Below, piece by piece: positions 11,918-22,325 of a stretch of 64,000 bases of DNA (position 1 is its first letter; the number at the start of each line of letters is the position of its first letter). A program made the position numbers and the translations under genes. The notes under the pieces were generated by a model that made no database searches, had not been told where the DNA came from, and saw nothing but the letters and a program-made list of their open reading frames with translations. Source of the DNA: Caecitellus pseudoparvulus (taxonomy: Eukaryota; Protista; Bigyra: Bicosoecida); contig CBFFRQ010000015.1 in NCBI GenBank assembly GCA_965644315.1, positions 1 to 64,000 on the forward strand, given 5' to 3'.

Positions 11918-13270
11918 ATGGGGTGTTCGGGCAGTAAAGCAGCTGATGGCGCAGTTGTGCGTGCAGTGTGCCGCGGAGGCTGCTGGAGGCACAGCCCGCC
12001 ACCCAACACCCGCCATACCCTCGCTGCCGCGCAGTCCACACGCAACCCTGGGAAGGGCATGCGGTTCGAAGACCACTACGTGCTGCAGGAGGGCGCAGAG
12101 TTAGGCAAGGGGCAGTTCAGCACGGTGAAGCCAGGTGCGTGGCGGGTGTCGCAGGCGCACTGCGGGCGGCTTGCGCCGTGCATGTGCCTGCCACACACTG
12201 CACTTGCCGTGGCGTGCCGCTTGCACAGGGCGCGAGATCGCGACGGGCAAGGAGGTGGCTGTCAAGTGCATCAAGAAGTCGGAGATGACTCAGGAGGACA
12301 TCGAGGCCCTGGACATCGAAAAGGGTGTCATGCGCAAGGTGCGCTGCGCGACACGACGCCGACCCGCCAGCAACCCTGCCCTGATTCCGCAACGCCACGC
12401 TACCGCCTGTGCACGACGGCCACCCCCCGCCTCCTGCAGCTGCAAGGCAACCCCAACCTCATCCAGCTCTTCGCTGACTTCGAGGACCCGCACTACCACT
12501 ACCTCGTCATCGAGCTGGCGCGCGGCGGCGAGCTGTTTCACAAGATCGTGGAGCGGGAGGTGTACACGGAGCAGCAGGCGCGGGACACCGTGCGGGAAAT
12601 CACCAAGGCCATGCAGTACTGCCACCAACACGGCGTCGTGCACCGTGACCTGAAGCCGGAGAACGTCCTGCTGGCAGCGCCAGACGATGAGACCATCAAG
12701 ATTGCGGATTTTGGATTCGCCAAGGAGCTCGGCACGACACCCGACGGCATGCTGCACACTGCCTGCGGCACGCCAGGGTACGTCGCGCCTGAAATTCTGC
12801 GCCAGCAGCCGTACGGGCCCAGTGTGGACATCTGGAGTCTGGGTGTCATTTTCTACATCCTGCTGTGCGGCTACCCGCCCTTCCACTCGGACAAGGGGCA
12901 GGATGACCTCTTCCGCAAGATCAAGCACGCCGCGTACAAGTTTGACTCGCCCGACTGGGACGAGATCAGCGCCGAGGCCAAGGACCTCATCTCCAAGATC
13001 CTCGTGCCCAACCCTGCCCAGCGCTTGACCGCGGACCAGATCCTGCAGCACCCCTGGATGAACGCTGGCACGGTGGGCGGCACGAACCTCTCCCGCGCGC
13101 GACAGAACCTCGTGCGTTTCAATGCCAGGCGCAAGCTGAAGGCCGCACAGAAGGCTGTGCTGACCACCGTGCGCATGCGGCGGCTGCTGGATGGCCTGCG
13201 CTCCGCAGCGGCCAGCAGCGGAAATACCTCGCCAGAGGAGGACGAGGCTGGGGGGAGTGCCCAGGCCTGA
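11918..13270 (+). CDS. CAMK-group (CaMK1-like) Ser/Thr kinase with N-terminal myristoylation/palmitoylation-type motif
   Basis: MGCSGSK start, LGKGQFSTV, VAVK, HRDLKPEN, DFG, TACGTPGYVAPE and an FNARRKLK calmodulin-binding-type tail. Introns at 11957-12034 (probable, in-frame), 12135-12228 and 12339-12439 restore the VAVK exon. Confidence 0.95.
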   Translation: MGCSGSKAADGAVVRAVCRGGCWRHSPPPNTRHTLAAAQSTRNPGKGMRFEDHYVLQEGAELGKGQFSTVKPGAWRVSQAHCGRLAPCMCLPHTALAVACRLHRARDRDGQGGGCQVHQEVGDDSGGHRGPGHRKGCHAQGALRDTTPTRQQPCPDSATPRYRLCTTATPRLLQLQGNPNLIQLFADFEDPHYHYLVIELARGGELFHKIVEREVYTEQQARDTVREITKAMQYCHQHGVVHRDLKPENVLLAAPDDETIKIADFGFAKELGTTPDGMLHTACGTPGYVAPEILRQQPYGPSVDIWSLGVIFYILLCGYPPFHSDKGQDDLFRKIKHAAYKFDSPDWDEISAEAKDLISKILVPNPAQRLTADQILQHPWMNAGTVGGTNLSRARQNLVRFNARRKLKAAQKAVLTTVRMRRLLDGLRSAAASSGNTSPEEDEAGGSAQA

Positions 13271-13503
13271 GTGCGTGCCGCGTGTGGCGCCTGCTCTCGT
13301 GTGTTCTGTTCTCGGTGTGCAACGTAAAAACAACAGCTGCGTCGCGCTGAGGGCCGTGGGGTGGTGCAGGGGGGAGGTGTGCCCGCCTATGGTGCGCCTG
13401 CCCAGCACCGGCACAGCCCAATTCAAAATGCGTACACAAACCCAATGCACCGACCTTTCCAGGTGCCTGTTTTGCTGCCTGCGTGACTGCGCTGCGTGTC
13501 GGC

Positions 13504-15638
13504 ATGGCGTATGCAGGAGGCGCCGGCGGCGCCGAGCAGTCAAGCCAGGTGAGGGTGGCAGCTGCCTGCAGCGAACAACACACAGCGAAGCACGCAACGC
13601 ACCTGAGCACGTTTTGCAGGCATATGCACCTGCACCAGGACCACCGCCAGATGCCCAGTCTGGCCCCACTTCCTCGCACAGCCCGCAGTCCAATGCACCA
13701 ACTGTGCGTCCGCAATTCCGCAGGCATGCACAGCAGACTCCCACGCCACTTCCCACGCCCCGCCCGCAGAAAGTGCTGCACGTGAAGGGCCTGGCAGACC
13801 ATATTGGACAGGCAGATGTGGAGACGTACTTTGGGCAGTTCGGGGGTGTGGCGCTGACCATGATGATGCGGCAGCCTGGCACTGTGCTGGTGGAGATGGC
13901 CACACTGGAGCAGGCACAAACCGTCATTAGCTACGGCCAGAGCATGCCCCTGAAGCTGGGCGGGCAGTTGTTGAAAATTGACTTCTCTCGAAGCCAGGCC
14001 ATCAACCGTGCTGCCGCGGCACGCGCTGCCGGCAACGCAGCACCACCGGCAGGTCACCCACCACCCACCTCCTCTCAGCCGCCGCCACCCCACTCGGCAG
14101 CACACATGCCCCCGCACACCATGCCTCCTGCCGGTGGCTCCGCCTATGGCGCAGCAGGAGGCGGCCCCCCTCCCCCCGCCAGCAACGCCATTCTGCACTT
14201 CACCGTGCGAAACGCCGTGCACCCACTCACCGTGCACACGTTGCAGCAGCTGTTTGCACCACACGGGCAGGTCTTGCGCATGGTGATGTTCTACAAGAAC
14301 ACTCTGCAGGGGTTTGTCGAGTTTGCCGACACGCAGGCTGCGGGCGCTGCGAAAGCCGCCCTGTCTGGCCAAGACATCTACGACGGCTGCTGCCACCTGT
14401 CTGTGCAAGAGGCCCGCAACCACGGGCCCCTGAACGTGCGAGGGGCCAACGACCACAACGTGGACTTCACAAACCCCACGCTGGCGCCACAGCCCCTGCG
14501 GGGTCTCGACCCGGAACAGATCGCCGAGTCGGAACGGGCACGGGCGGCTGGTCTGCCGCCACCCTCCTTCCCACCTCCCCCCCGGCACCCCCCCTCAGGG
14601 CCAGCCTATGCCCCCCCCGCACAAGCACCAGGCCATGGCCGACCCGGCCCTGGAGCAGGGGGGTGTGTCGCTCTGCTGTACAACGTCTCTGACGCGTTCA
14701 TGGGTGTGGACAACGTCTTCAACCTCGCCTGCTGCTACGGCAACGTGTCTCGGGTCCGTCGCCTGACGCACAAGTCTGGCATGGTGCTGGTGCAGATGGA
14801 AGACGGCGTGCAGGTGGCAGGGCTCATGAAGTACCTCACAGGCGCAGAGCTGTTCGGGGAGACCCTGCGCGTTGAGGTGAGCAAGTTCCCCCAGATCACC
14901 CCCCCGCCCCAGCTGGAGGATTTCATGACCATCAACGGGCGCAAGACGCGCATCGTGTCGTACCGGGACCTGGCGGGGCAATCCGAGCTGGTGCGTTTCA
15001 AGCGGCCGGAACACTTCGCGAACATCCACGGCCCCCACGCCGTCCTGCACGCCTCCAACATCCCCCACGCCATGTACCCCGTCGACCTGCGGCAACTGCT
15101 GGCAACCACACGGGCGCCGGAGCCCACCCGCATCATGTTCTTCCCCCCCTCCGCCACGGCAGCCATGCGGGGCGGGCGCATGACGGGCCTGCTGCAGTTC
15201 CCCTCTGTCGTCGCTGCGACCGAGGCACTGGCGCTGGCCAACAACGCCCAGCTGGACAGCTGCGTCCTGCGCCTGGCCTTCTCAGACCAGACCATTCGCT
15301 CACCGGGTGCGGGGGACGTGCGCAGCTGTGCGCCGCCGTCGCCGCAGGAGCGCTCTGACTTTGTGCGGATGACAGGGCTGGGGGTGGGGCTGGAGGACCC
15401 GGGTGCGGCGGAGGCGGCCAGCGGGCGGGCGAGTCACCCCCCGCCTGGGGAGTCACCGCGAGGGGGGCGTGACCACGACCAGGGACGCGGGGCGGGAGGG
15501 AGGTACGACCCCCCTCCCGCTCATGCGCCACCCCCCCACATGCCCCCCCCGCCAGGCATGCCCATGCCGCCCGGCATGGGTCACCCTCACCAGCCACCGC
15601 ACAGCCAGTACGAGCCGCCCCCGCCAGGCACGCAGTAG
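13504..15638 (+). CDS. hnRNP-L/PTB-family protein with four RRMs
   Basis: RRM segments VLHVKGL, QGFVEF...ALSGQDIYDGCCHL, VFNLACCYGNV and PHAVLHASNIP. The first exon 13504-13548 splices through intron 13549-13619 into the long ORF. Confidence 0.88.
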
Positions 15639-15875
15639 TGGACCCCTGCCGGCCACGTGCCTCTTTCAATGCTAAGTTGTCATGTTCGGGCGCCAGCGCC
15701 GCTCACTGGCACGACTCGGAGTGCTATGCCTGCCGTTGCACAATCGAAGGCACGCCGCAATCGCAACATGCCAGGCTTGCGACATTGTGGGTGAATGCAA
15801 TGTAAAGGAGGAGGGCATAGAAGCATGTCTACTTTATTTCCATTGGGCCACTTCCAAGCATGAACGGGCCATACA

Positions 15876-18800
15876 ATGGCGTCCTTTGAGGACATGGCTG
15901 AGCTGGCGTTTCAATGGAACCGAAACGCCAGCTTCGCATCCGGAGGGCCAGAGCTGCACAGCACAGAGCTGCCTGGGGCCCTGCCCACCTCCTTCTGGGA
16001 GGCATGTGGGTTGCATGGTGTGTACACTCCTTCATTCGTGGGCCTGACTCCCCCCCATGATGCAGCACTGCCTAACGGCAGCACAGCTGGGCTCTGGCCA
16101 GCTCACGAAGGTGCAGACCCAGAGGCACAGCTCCTCCTGCGCGCCCTGGAGCAGTCCTCCACCCTGGACGAGTATGCGAGCTTTCTGGACGAGTCACTCG
16201 AGTCGAGGGCCCAAGCACCCACCCCGCCACTGGCAGCCCACGCAACGCCGCTCCCAGCGCACGACGTCAGCTTCGGCCCACAGCCCCTCCCCCTCCCCGT
16301 GCCCTCGCCCAAGCCCGCGGTGCCACCGCGCACCATGCTGCAACGGCACGTTTCTGCCTGGGCACATGCTGCCCGCGGCACTGTTGCCTTGCGCCAGGCG
16401 TCTGCGGCATGGGCGGCTCGCTCGGCACGCCACTGCATTGCGAAGTGGAAGGCGTGGATGGACTCTCAACAGCACGTTCGACACCTGGGATATGTTCTTG
16501 CAGGCCACGTGGCTGCGCGCCGTGCTCTGCTGGCGCTGGAAGGTCTGCAGCGAAACGCTGTCGTTCTTGCAGCGCAGCGGCGCACACGCCAACGCTGTAC
16601 GCGCCGAACCCTCCTCGCGTGGCGCCAGCTTTCGACAGCTCGGAAGCATGCTCGCGCAGTACTTCTTTGCCGGTGTTTTTCCAGTCTGCAGCAGTGGGTT
16701 GCTGAGCAGCGACGAGCTGTGGCTGCACGGTCTGCAATTCTCCGCTGGTCCCGTGCAGCTGGCACAGCCACTGCGCAACGGGATGCACAGGCTGCAAACC
16801 TGCACACAGCACAGTCCTTGCGATGGGCATGCCGGCGCTGGGCCGGGCGTGTGCGCTGTCCGTCCCTCGCTGGAGCTGACAAGCGCCTCGCAGTGGCCGT
16901 GGCGCAGTGGAAGGTTCGGCGGGCACGGGCGGCGCTGCACGCGTGGATTCTCGTCTGTGCCGCGGCAGTGCACCACCGAAGGCAATCCCAGCGCCGGGCG
17001 TTGGATGCTTGGATTCTGGCGTGCGTAGAGGGCAGCTGTGCTCGCGCGCTGGGCACGACAACTGCTGCCACGGCCGCTGCGCGCTGCATGCTTGCAACGT
17101 GGCACAGCGCCGCTCGAAGGCGAGCCCGACTGCGCGCATCGGCAGCAGCTGCCTGGACCCGCAGTGGTCGCAGGCTTGTCTTGAAGCGGGCCTTCCAGGT
17201 GCTGGTTGCAGCGGTTCGCGCCGCTCGAATTGCTCGACGGCGCCGCTGTGTTTCGTGCATCCGCACCTGGCGGTCTGCAACCACCCACAACCGCGCCATC
17301 GCCCGAGGCAGACACGCACTCAAGAATATCATGTGTGCGATCCTCCTGCGGAGGTGGCGGTGTGCCTCGGCCATGGGGTTTGCCCTGCGAAAGCTGCAGA
17401 GCCACAGGCGGGTCCACTGTTTACGAAGCGCGCTGCATGCTCTGAGGCTGACGTGCAAGCAGCGCACGTTCCTCCGAACCGTGCACCGCCAACTGCAGTT
17501 GCGCAGGGCTGTCAGGCGCTGGGCCGTCGCCGCGCCACGCCTCAGCGCCTGCCGGCTGGCGTTGGCGACGTCACGTGCAGCCGTTTCGCAGGCGCGCCTT
17601 CACATCGCCGTGCGTCGTTGGAGGACCGCAACAGCGACCCGCATCGCAATCAAGATGCGAGGTGGGGCCTTGCTCAGTCTGCGCACTCGCAAACTCCGCA
17701 TCGTGTTCCTGGGAGCCTGGAAACGCGCTGCGTTGCAGGAACGCAACGCTGTTCGCCCACTGTTACGCGCACTGCGAACACGGCAGGCCGCACAGTTCCT
17801 GGGCGTCTGGAGCTCGTGGGCCAAGACTCAGCGAAGGCTGCGAGTCTGTGTTAAGCGCATGGCCGCGCGGCGCAGCCAGACCGGAGCCGTGCGCGTGCTC
17901 CGCCTTTGGAAGCGTGTCGCGGCGCGATGTGCCGAGCAGCGGCGAAACCGGGCCACCCTGCAGCTCCTTGCCCGTCGTTTTCGGCTGCGGCGAGCTGTTG
18001 GGGCCTGGGCAGTGCACGTGGCTCGAACCCTGCGCCTGCGGCAAGCGGCAACCACCTTTCGCGGGCGGTTCCGCCCGGCACCCTTCGCGCCCAATCCCGC
18101 CCGGCGACTGTCCTTTGCGTCTAGCACCGGCGACGCCCGGGAAGACTGCGACGCGTGGGAATCTTGGAGCACGTCCTCGCGCTCCATCGACGCGATGGCG
18201 TCCCGCACAGTTCCGCTGTTCGCCGCTGGACACCTGGACGACGACGGTGACACCTGCCTCAGCCCCCTGTCCCTGCCGCTGCCGCTTCGTGGCATACAAG
18301 TGCACCGCCGACGCACAGTGGGCATGCTGCCCAAAGTGTTCCACGCATGGGCGTGCCATGTGCGCGGTACACAGCTTCTGGCTCGCCGGCACATTGCTCT
18401 GCTCGCACGCTTCACCCTGCGCAACTGCTCAGCCTGGCTCCGGCGCTGGCGAATCGCCGCGCTGCGCCTGAGGCGAGCCAGGGCGGTGCTGTGGGCCTGG
18501 AGACTGCATTGCACAGGCGTCCCTTGCCCGCCTCGCCGTGCCCTGGCCGTGTGTGGCCCAGCGCAGGCGCTGGAGTTCTGCGTGCGTTCCGCTGCATTTG
18601 CCGGCGGGCTGGCTGCATTTCGCGCCACAGCACGCAGCAGACGCCTGCGAGCTGCTTACCGCACACTGCAAACGCATGCAGCAGCCATGCGAGCCAGTCG
18701 TGTGCGCCACCAGAACGCAGTGGCGGCGGTTCTGCGCGAACTCCATGCCCGAACTGGCTGGCAACGTGCCCTGCGTGCAGCTGCGCTGAGGCCGCTGCTG

Positions 18801-19328
18801 CTGCGCTGCCTGCAGCGCTGGAGGGGGCAGCTGCGTCAAAGCACACCCGCCCCACGCACGCCCAGCCCTGCAGACTCAGATGCCTCCCCCACACCCTCCC
18901 ACTTCCCCATCCTGCTCGAGGCATGGTCCACACCTCGCAGGCGGCTGGCGCCGAGCGCAGAACAGACGAGGGGTAGCCCCCAGCACACGACGGTGGTGAC
19001 TCCACCACGCCCGGCTCGGGCGGTGCGACCAGCCCACCTCCCTGCCGTGCGGTCGCCATCTTGGTCGGCCTCGCCGGCACAGCGGCCGACACCCCACGTA
19101 GCCTCTCTGACGTTCAGCACCAGCCCCCCCTCGCCACACCAGGCCTCGCCGCTCCTGCAACGGTGGCTGCTCAGTCCTACTAGGCCCAGCCAAGCTGCAG
19201 AGGTGTCTGAGCCGCAGCAGCCTGGGCGGGGTGCGAGCGACCTGTCAGCGCTGGCGAAAGCGTGGGGGATCCGAGGCTACCTCGGCTCGGACTCCACAGG
19301 CGCGGGAGCGGGCACAGAGCCAGAGTAG
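15876..19328 (+). CDS. Sfi1-like centrin-binding repeat protein
   Basis: 1150-aa ORF with many periodic helical repeats ending in Trp plus a basic residue (RRTLLAWR, RRALDAWI, LLRRWR, FLGAWKR, KVFHAWA), resembling degenerate Sfi1 repeats. Confidence 0.7.
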   Translation: MASFEDMAELAFQWNRNASFASGGPELHSTELPGALPTSFWEACGLHGVYTPSFVGLTPPHDAALPNGSTAGLWPAHEGADPEAQLLLRALEQSSTLDEYASFLDESLESRAQAPTPPLAAHATPLPAHDVSFGPQPLPLPVPSPKPAVPPRTMLQRHVSAWAHAARGTVALRQASAAWAARSARHCIAKWKAWMDSQQHVRHLGYVLAGHVAARRALLALEGLQRNAVVLAAQRRTRQRCTRRTLLAWRQLSTARKHARAVLLCRCFSSLQQWVAEQRRAVAARSAILRWSRAAGTATAQRDAQAANLHTAQSLRWACRRWAGRVRCPSLAGADKRLAVAVAQWKVRRARAALHAWILVCAAAVHHRRQSQRRALDAWILACVEGSCARALGTTTAATAAARCMLATWHSAARRRARLRASAAAAWTRSGRRLVLKRAFQVLVAAVRAARIARRRRCVSCIRTWRSATTHNRAIARGRHALKNIMCAILLRRWRCASAMGFALRKLQSHRRVHCLRSALHALRLTCKQRTFLRTVHRQLQLRRAVRRWAVAAPRLSACRLALATSRAAVSQARLHIAVRRWRTATATRIAIKMRGGALLSLRTRKLRIVFLGAWKRAALQERNAVRPLLRALRTRQAAQFLGVWSSWAKTQRRLRVCVKRMAARRSQTGAVRVLRLWKRVAARCAEQRRNRATLQLLARRFRLRRAVGAWAVHVARTLRLRQAATTFRGRFRPAPFAPNPARRLSFASSTGDAREDCDAWESWSTSSRSIDAMASRTVPLFAAGHLDDDGDTCLSPLSLPLPLRGIQVHRRRTVGMLPKVFHAWACHVRGTQLLARRHIALLARFTLRNCSAWLRRWRIAALRLRRARAVLWAWRLHCTGVPCPPRRALAVCGPAQALEFCVRSAAFAGGLAAFRATARSRRLRAAYRTLQTHAAAMRASRVRHQNAVAAVLRELHARTGWQRALRAAALRPLLLRCLQRWRGQLRQSTPAPRTPSPADSDASPTPSHFPILLEAWSTPRRRLAPSAEQTRGSPQHTTVVTPPRPARAVRPAHLPAVRSPSWSASPAQRPTPHVASLTFSTSPPSPHQASPLLQRWLLSPTRPSQAAEVSEPQQPGRGASDLSALAKAWGIRGYLGSDSTGAGAGTEPE

Positions 19329-19779
19329 GAAGGGCCTGGGGGAGGCAGGTGACCTGAGGCTCGCAGGCGGTCCCGCAGCTTCAGGCGCTCGTCAATGCGG
19401 GAGCTGTTGCGCCACCAAACCTGAAACAAGTGGAAGCCATAAGCGAACGTCATGCACCCGCCCAACCTGTGCAGGCGAGCAGCGCCAGGACGGCAGTGCG
19501 CGGGTGCGTCACACATGTAATACACTTAAGCATGCCAGCCTTGGCCTTGCCTCACATGATGCCCATTTGCCGAGCAGTCGGCATGTCTCGCGTGCGCCAG
19601 TTGCGGAAATTGAACCACAACCCCACCCCACGGCTTACGAGCCGGCTGGGCACAAATCAGTTTAAGCAAGTAAAGTTCATACCAACGACAGTGCGCAAAG
19701 TAAACGTATCTTTCATTTTGTGCAACAGTGCATTTCAAGCCTGCCCACGCCCAGCACTGGCGAAGCTGCACTGCAAGCC

Positions 19780-22272
19780 ATGCTGGGTGAAGTGACGCAG
19801 GGGAAACCAGCTCTGGAGCAGCTCAGTGCTGCTCGCCAAGCAAATGGCGCCCTCATGAAGCGTGTGCATGCAGCATTGGGAGAGTTGCAGGGGCTCTCCA
19901 CCACCGCTCAGCGAGTCGCACGCAGCGTGCAGGCACAGACTGCGGCAGCTCCCTCCACGACATTTCTCCACATGAACCGCCTGGCACAAATCGAAGCCCA
20001 CCTCGCGGCCCAGCCCCCCATGTCCCCTGGCACAGGGCGCCCTGCAAGGGCCCCAGGTAGACAAAGCCTGCGGCGTGCTCCCTCTGTTCCATCACACTCT
20101 CCTCAAGCGGCAGCCACCCCGGAAGGCAGCGACCTTAGCCTGGAGCAGCGCCTTGCCGCAGCTGCCACGCCCACGCGGCCCGGCGTCACGGCGACCGAGG
20201 CAGTGATTGAGGCGAGGTTCGCCACGACAGCGGCGAAGAGTGCCGCCCAGGCTGCCACCTCGGCCGCACCCCCCTCCACACAGCCCACCACCAGCGAGCT
20301 TGACTCGCCGCCCCCTCACCCACTGCTCACGCAAGCTGCCTCCCAGCGGGCCAGCTCACAGGCTGCAGACCTGAATGCCGCCGCCGACGCTGGGGAGGAG
20401 GGCGATGCCGCCGACGCATGGGCCGCTCTCACCCCTGCGCAGCGGCGTCTGCAGCTTGCGAGCCACCCGTCGTCCATGACGGTGGTGGGCGGCGACGCGC
20501 CCTCCAAATGGGCTCCAACGCAGGAGGAGGGCAAGGCAGCTGGCTCGTCGCTGGAGGAGCTGGCAGCGGGGGGACTCCCTGGGTCCCCCGTGGCGAGTGC
20601 CGCTCCCACTGACGCCTCGGGCAGCACGGGTGACTTTGAGAGCTACACTGCCCTGTGGCAGCGCAGGCAGCAGGAGGGGGGCTCCAGAGTGCACGCGACC
20701 CCCCCTGCCAAGGCCCTTGCCCCTGCCACACCCGTCACTGCCCCTGATGTTGACTCCGACTCTGACTCGTACACTGACTCGGAGACAGAGAGCGTGTCCG
20801 TGCACAGCTCCACAAAGCCGGGCAGCAGCACCAGCACCCCCCCTCAAACCAGGCGTGTACCAGTGAACAGCCCCTTCCTGCCCACACCAACCTCCCGCCC
20901 ATCGGCCACCGTCCCTTCCCCCGTGTCCCGTGACGCCCCCAGTGCCGCCATGTCCGCTCTGCTCTCCCTGCGCCGAGGCCAGGCAAGCCTGCTGCAAGGG
21001 CGGCTTGGCGGCACCACATTCCCCCCCGCACACCCAGCGTCCAGTGCTGGAGCACAGAGCAGGGGGGGCAGTCCAGGCACACCCCCCCTCGCGGCGGCAG
21101 CCCCCGCCACTAGCCTGTCCCCCCAACGGGCAGCCGCCATCCTCAGCCCTGCACAACACAGGGCTCTCATGGACAGCCTGCCCAGCAGCATCACAGTCAG
21201 CGGCGCCAGCACACCCGCAGAGGCGCTGTTCCCAGACATGCAGCTGCCTGCACAGTCCACCCCCAGCACCACCTTGGCAGCGCACACCTCACGTTACGCG
21301 CAGGGGCTGGGCCGCCGGAGGTGGGGTCTGGGGGGGGGCATGGCGGCCATGGTGAGCGCAGCCAACCGCCACGCAAAGCGTGCAGCTCAAGCTGCCCAAG
21401 ACGGCACTGTGACGCCGGTGCGCGGGGCTGCCCTCGACACCAACGGCAAGGGCGGGTCTCTGCCGCCGTCCGCACTGGCTGCTGCAGCAGCGCAGTTCGG
21501 GGGGTTGCCGCCAACACCCTCCGGCGCCAGCACAGATGGGCCCAGCGACTACACTGGCATCACGGTGAAGTCTGAGGAGGGGGGCGCCACTGCCTGGGCG
21601 GACGCCTGCCAGCCGCTGCTGGAGGGCTGGTTGCTGCTGTTGCCCGCCACGCCCAGTGCAGTGGCAGATGGCGACACCGACAGCGTCACGCCAGCCGCCC
21701 TGGCACAGTCCACGGAAGCAGCGGAAGCCGCACTGGCCCCTGCGCCGGGCAGAGCCACTGTGCAGCGGCTGTGGGCGGGGCTGTACCGGGGCCCGGTGGA
21801 GGGCGGTGTGGGGGCGGAGGAGGAGGACGTGCTGGTACTGCACGCCTCCCGACACAGCGCTGAGCAGGACCGGGCCCTGAACGATGCGAGATCGGGCGAC
21901 GCACCACGTCTGGAGTGGCCCTCGGCACGGCACGTCCTGCCCCTGTCCGCTTGTGTGGCCATGCTGGCTGGCCCAGGGCGGCCCCTCGCCCCCGCCACCG
22001 GGCCTGGTCAAACCCAGGCACAGCAGGCCCTGCACGTGGACGGACACGAAGGCGCCGGCCGCGTCGTGGAGCAGCTGACGTGGCGTCTGGCCTTTGCGCC
22101 GGGGGGGGGGGCGGGTCCCCTGCACGGCGGCGACGTCCTGTGGCTGCCGCACTCGGTCCTGCTCCTCTGTGCGAGCAGCGGCGCGGACTGGCTGGCATGG
22201 CTAGGCTGTCTGTCAGTCATGCTGGGCTGCAGCATTGCCGACTGGCCAGTGCCCGCTGCAGCCTCGCAGTGA
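19780..22272 (+). CDS. Low-complexity protein with N-terminal coiled coil and probable C-terminal PH-like domain
   Basis: Long ORF, first ATG at 19780. The C-terminal elements LLEGWLLL, QRLWAGLY, VLVLH, HVLPLSAC and LLLCASSGADWLAWLGCL follow the strand/helix order of a PH domain. Confidence 0.65.
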   Translation: MLGEVTQGKPALEQLSAARQANGALMKRVHAALGELQGLSTTAQRVARSVQAQTAAAPSTTFLHMNRLAQIEAHLAAQPPMSPGTGRPARAPGRQSLRRAPSVPSHSPQAAATPEGSDLSLEQRLAAAATPTRPGVTATEAVIEARFATTAAKSAAQAATSAAPPSTQPTTSELDSPPPHPLLTQAASQRASSQAADLNAAADAGEEGDAADAWAALTPAQRRLQLASHPSSMTVVGGDAPSKWAPTQEEGKAAGSSLEELAAGGLPGSPVASAAPTDASGSTGDFESYTALWQRRQQEGGSRVHATPPAKALAPATPVTAPDVDSDSDSYTDSETESVSVHSSTKPGSSTSTPPQTRRVPVNSPFLPTPTSRPSATVPSPVSRDAPSAAMSALLSLRRGQASLLQGRLGGTTFPPAHPASSAGAQSRGGSPGTPPLAAAAPATSLSPQRAAAILSPAQHRALMDSLPSSITVSGASTPAEALFPDMQLPAQSTPSTTLAAHTSRYAQGLGRRRWGLGGGMAAMVSAANRHAKRAAQAAQDGTVTPVRGAALDTNGKGGSLPPSALAAAAAQFGGLPPTPSGASTDGPSDYTGITVKSEEGGATAWADACQPLLEGWLLLLPATPSAVADGDTDSVTPAALAQSTEAAEAALAPAPGRATVQRLWAGLYRGPVEGGVGAEEEDVLVLHASRHSAEQDRALNDARSGDAPRLEWPSARHVLPLSACVAMLAGPGRPLAPATGPGQTQAQQALHVDGHEGAGRVVEQLTWRLAFAPGGGAGPLHGGDVLWLPHSVLLLCASSGADWLAWLGCLSVMLGCSIADWPVPAAASQ

Positions 22273-22325
22273 ATGGCGCAGGCAGCTGAATTCAATGCGG
22301 TGACACGTGCGACTCGCCCCCGCTG

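Noticed and set aside
12290-14588. Long minus-strand ORFs opposite the kinase and RRM genes
   Set aside because: These are expected antisense ORFs in high-GC coding DNA and show no motifs.
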